In this document: one piece after another, positions 61,415-64,000 of the stretch
Position numbering within the stretch: position 1 is the stretch's first letter
Layout: each line of letters starts with the position of its first letter
From: Utricularia gibba
Lineage: Eukaryota > Plantae > Magnoliophyta
Length of the DNA stretch: 64,000 nucleotides
NCBI GenBank assembly: GCA_002189035.1
Contig: CM007990.1
Coordinates: 4,960,001-5,024,000, forward strand
Direction of reading: 5' to 3'
Translations under genes and position numbers: made by a program
The notes under the pieces: generated by a model
Databases searched by the model: none
Told to the model about the DNA's origin: nothing
Seen by the model: the letters and a program-made list of their open reading frames with translations, nothing else

Positions 61415-63190
61415 AAAACATCCACGGCGGAATTTGTTTTTAATTTTCCGTTCGCCGGTGTTTTGAGTTTTCCGCTCGGGAAAAAGAAGGGCGGGTTAAC
61501 CTCTAGAAGATGCTTTCTTGCAATTTTAGTCTTTTTTTGTTGGTAGCCGAGGTGGATTTATTACCACCCGCTGATTTGACCCAAATTAATTAGATTTTGG
61601 CGACTAAATTACTATTTTTAAGTATTAACTATTTTCCAATAATTATGAATTGAATATTACAATAATTCCTATAATAACTATTATTATCTTTGTAGGTGGA
61701 ATATTAATTTGTATTTGATATCTAATATTTAAAATATTATAAATAAACATGAAAATTATTCCCATAGGTCTACGTAGGGGCACGGGCATCAGCCCCTTTT
61801 TTTCCTTGTGGGTTAAAAAGGTAAATTTACTGTTTAAAAAAATAGGAATTAAATCCTTGCAAAAAAAGGATTAATGGGCCGTGGGCTGCATTTGTCTTAC
61901 GGCCTTAAAACGGCTCAATATACAATACCTGATTCATTGCTATTGGGCCAAATCCATCCATTTGGAGAAACGGGCCTGATCATTTTTTGATATTATTTCC
62001 TAGATATTTAAATATATAATAATTTATACATTTAATATTTTTTTTTAATATGCCAAATGCTAGTCAAAGCACTGGAAAATAGTGCACTGCAAATGGCTAG
62101 AAACTCCAGTCTGCCAAGAAAAAAAGTACAAATTTTGATTGAACAGCAACGGTTCTGTGACTGGCTTCTGGACTTTCAACTGTGCATTCTGTTAACTTCC
62201 ATGTAAAAGCTTCTTTCTAGCTTACAATCCTTGAACCGGGATGCTGCTATAAAGTTGCAGACAGAAACAAAGCTGCGTAAACCGAAAGCTTGAACCTTTG
62301 AGGAGTTTGAAGCTCTAAACTGAACTGAGTTATGATGGCTGTGAGTATCCAAGACTCGCCCTACTGTGAGTAGAGTATGCCTCTCTCAGATGGGTGTTAA
62401 CTTCTGGTGAAATAGGATAAGATGTGTAGCAGACAGTACATATCCTCAAGGGTGGTGGTGGGGTGATTCCCACAAGTTGCTACCTGCAGCCAAAAATGCT
62501 TTTCTTTAATCTTTATGAATGAGTGAATGTAGGAAGCCAAGGCAACAGACTTCTACAGTTACTGCAGACACTGAGTTGGAATTCAATGGACATTCATCCT
62601 TCATCTTGCTGTCCACTGTTTGTAGGGTTCTGGTTGTTATTTTATGACCACTCTCGATGCTTTTCATTTGAAAATTATCCTACAGTCGGATCCAATCACT
62701 TTACCGAAGTTGAATTGAGTTCCAATACCATGATTCCTGTATGCTCATCAGTTACTGTGTTTTGATTGCATCAGCTAGTTCTCTATTTCGTTCCAGTGTT
62801 CTGTAACGTGAAATGCTGATGTTATAAACCATTTGAGTTATAATCACCCAGCTTCAAAAAAGAGAGCATAGATGATAATCGACACATCATGGCTTGCTCT
62901 AGTCTAGTCTGCATGCACAGTGGCTCCGGTCTGAAGGTCTTCGGAGTTTGAGCCACTGAAGATAAGTGTGAGAGAAGCGGGAAGCAGGCGCACGATAAGA
63001 TGACACTCCTGCCTCAAAACCCCTCAACCTCAACCTCAACCGCTGCTTCATATCTTCTTTATTAATTCCATATGCTCTGATACTGTAAATCTTCATCTTT
63101 CTCTAGTGGTTTGTTCATGGATTTGATGCCAATTGGGACAACTTCTGGTTTTCTCCTGTTTTTTTCCCTGTGAACAGAATTCGAGCCCCC

Positions 63191-63852
63191 ATGCAGCAGC
63201 AGATGCTGAAGGTAAAAGCCAGGGGTCACTGGAAGGCTGAGGAGGATGGCAAGTTGAAGGAGCTCGTTTCTCTCCATGGTCCTCAGAATTGGAATGCCAT
63301 TGCGCAAACGTTACTAGGAAGATCAGGTACACAAACGAATCACCATTCTTGTTCGCCATTTGCGAATCTGGGAATCTTAACGTGGGGAAATAAAGGGAAA
63401 AGCTGTAGATTGCGGTGGTTCAATCAGCTGGATCCGAGGATCGACAGACGGGCCTTCACCCAAGAGGAGGAAGACAGACTGGTGGCGGCTCACAGAGCCT
63501 ACGGCAACAAATGGGCTACCATAGCGGCAAGGCTGTTCCCAGGACGAACAGACAACTCCCTGAAAAATCACTGGCATGTAATAACCGCCAGACGACTCAG
63601 ACAACAACATTCCCGGACTCGTAAACCAAGAAGCAAGATTACTCCTCAGAAAAGGCCATTTTTACCAAGTCAGTCACATTGTTTTTCATCCCAAGCCAGC
63701 GGTTGCAAAACTGTATCCCTTTTAACCAAGCTCCGTGCGGCATTACATACACTCTACTAGTTGCAGGCCCGGAGGAAAAACCAGAGATGCATGAGCAGGA
63801 GAGTACGGCGCCGCCATTTATAGATTTCCTGGGTGTGGGAACTGGATCCTAG
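63191..63852 (+). CDS. R2R3-MYB transcription factor, subgroup 21 (MYB105/MYB117 LOF-like)
   Basis: [29 protein letters not shown]|[15 protein letters not shown] and [19 protein letters not shown]. Inferred introns 63327-63395 and 63669-63766 join the subgroup-21 C-terminal motif [10 protein letters not shown](TGS*). The exact start codon is uncertain. Confidence 0.88.
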
Positions 63853-64000
63853 ATAACGAAAGCCCCTGCATTTTAGTCTCAAGCTTCTTCACATGAAGAA
63901 GACGCTACTACGAAAGGGCTTGCGAGAGATGACAGGGGCGGCAGCAGAATTTAAATCTCTTGCTTATTTCTAGTTTTAAAATCTTAAATAAAAGAATAGA

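Overview
AT-rich nuclear DNA from a compact eudicot plant genome (spliceosomal introns mostly 70-120 nt, roughly one gene per 3 kb). The species cannot be fixed from the sequence. No prokaryotic, CRISPR or intact transposon features. I can support about 18 recognisable protein genes and 2 tRNAs, in order: plastid HSP90-5 (5' part only), tRNA-Val(UAC), UDP-arabinopyranose mutase/RGP, RDR1, RimP/UPF0090-like, tRNA-Thr(CGU), RUS3, SPFH/band-7 (erlin-like), PMT4/5-type pectin methyltransferase, KTI12/DRL1, a D/S/T/G/Y-rich repeat protein, a small conserved plastid protein, a PLS-E PPR, DHHC S-acyltransferase (PAT22-like), an uncharacterised membrane protein, AGO7, LSMT-like, MIXTA-like MYB, NAP-like NAC, alpha-expansin and MYB105/117-like. 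From memory, many Arabidopsis homologues lie together near At1g13770-14030 and At1g69210-69560, so this looks like a conserved eudicot syntenic block. I did not find a convincing new biological system. The best leads are: (i) a lineage-specific-looking 265-aa acidic repeat protein with a DRE in its promoter; (ii) several unexplained promoter-bearing, splice-signal-bearing islands (18.0-18.7, 32.5-33.8, 46.3-48.0, 52-54 and 58.0-58.9 kb); (iii) apparent single-base deletions in HSP90-5 and UAM that suggest assembly errors, which may also be hiding genes in those islands; (iv) tRNAs tightly linked to mRNA genes; (v) four inferred GC-AG introns; (vi) stop-free in-frame introns in the NAC gene. 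All family calls are by motif recognition from memory; no database search was run.
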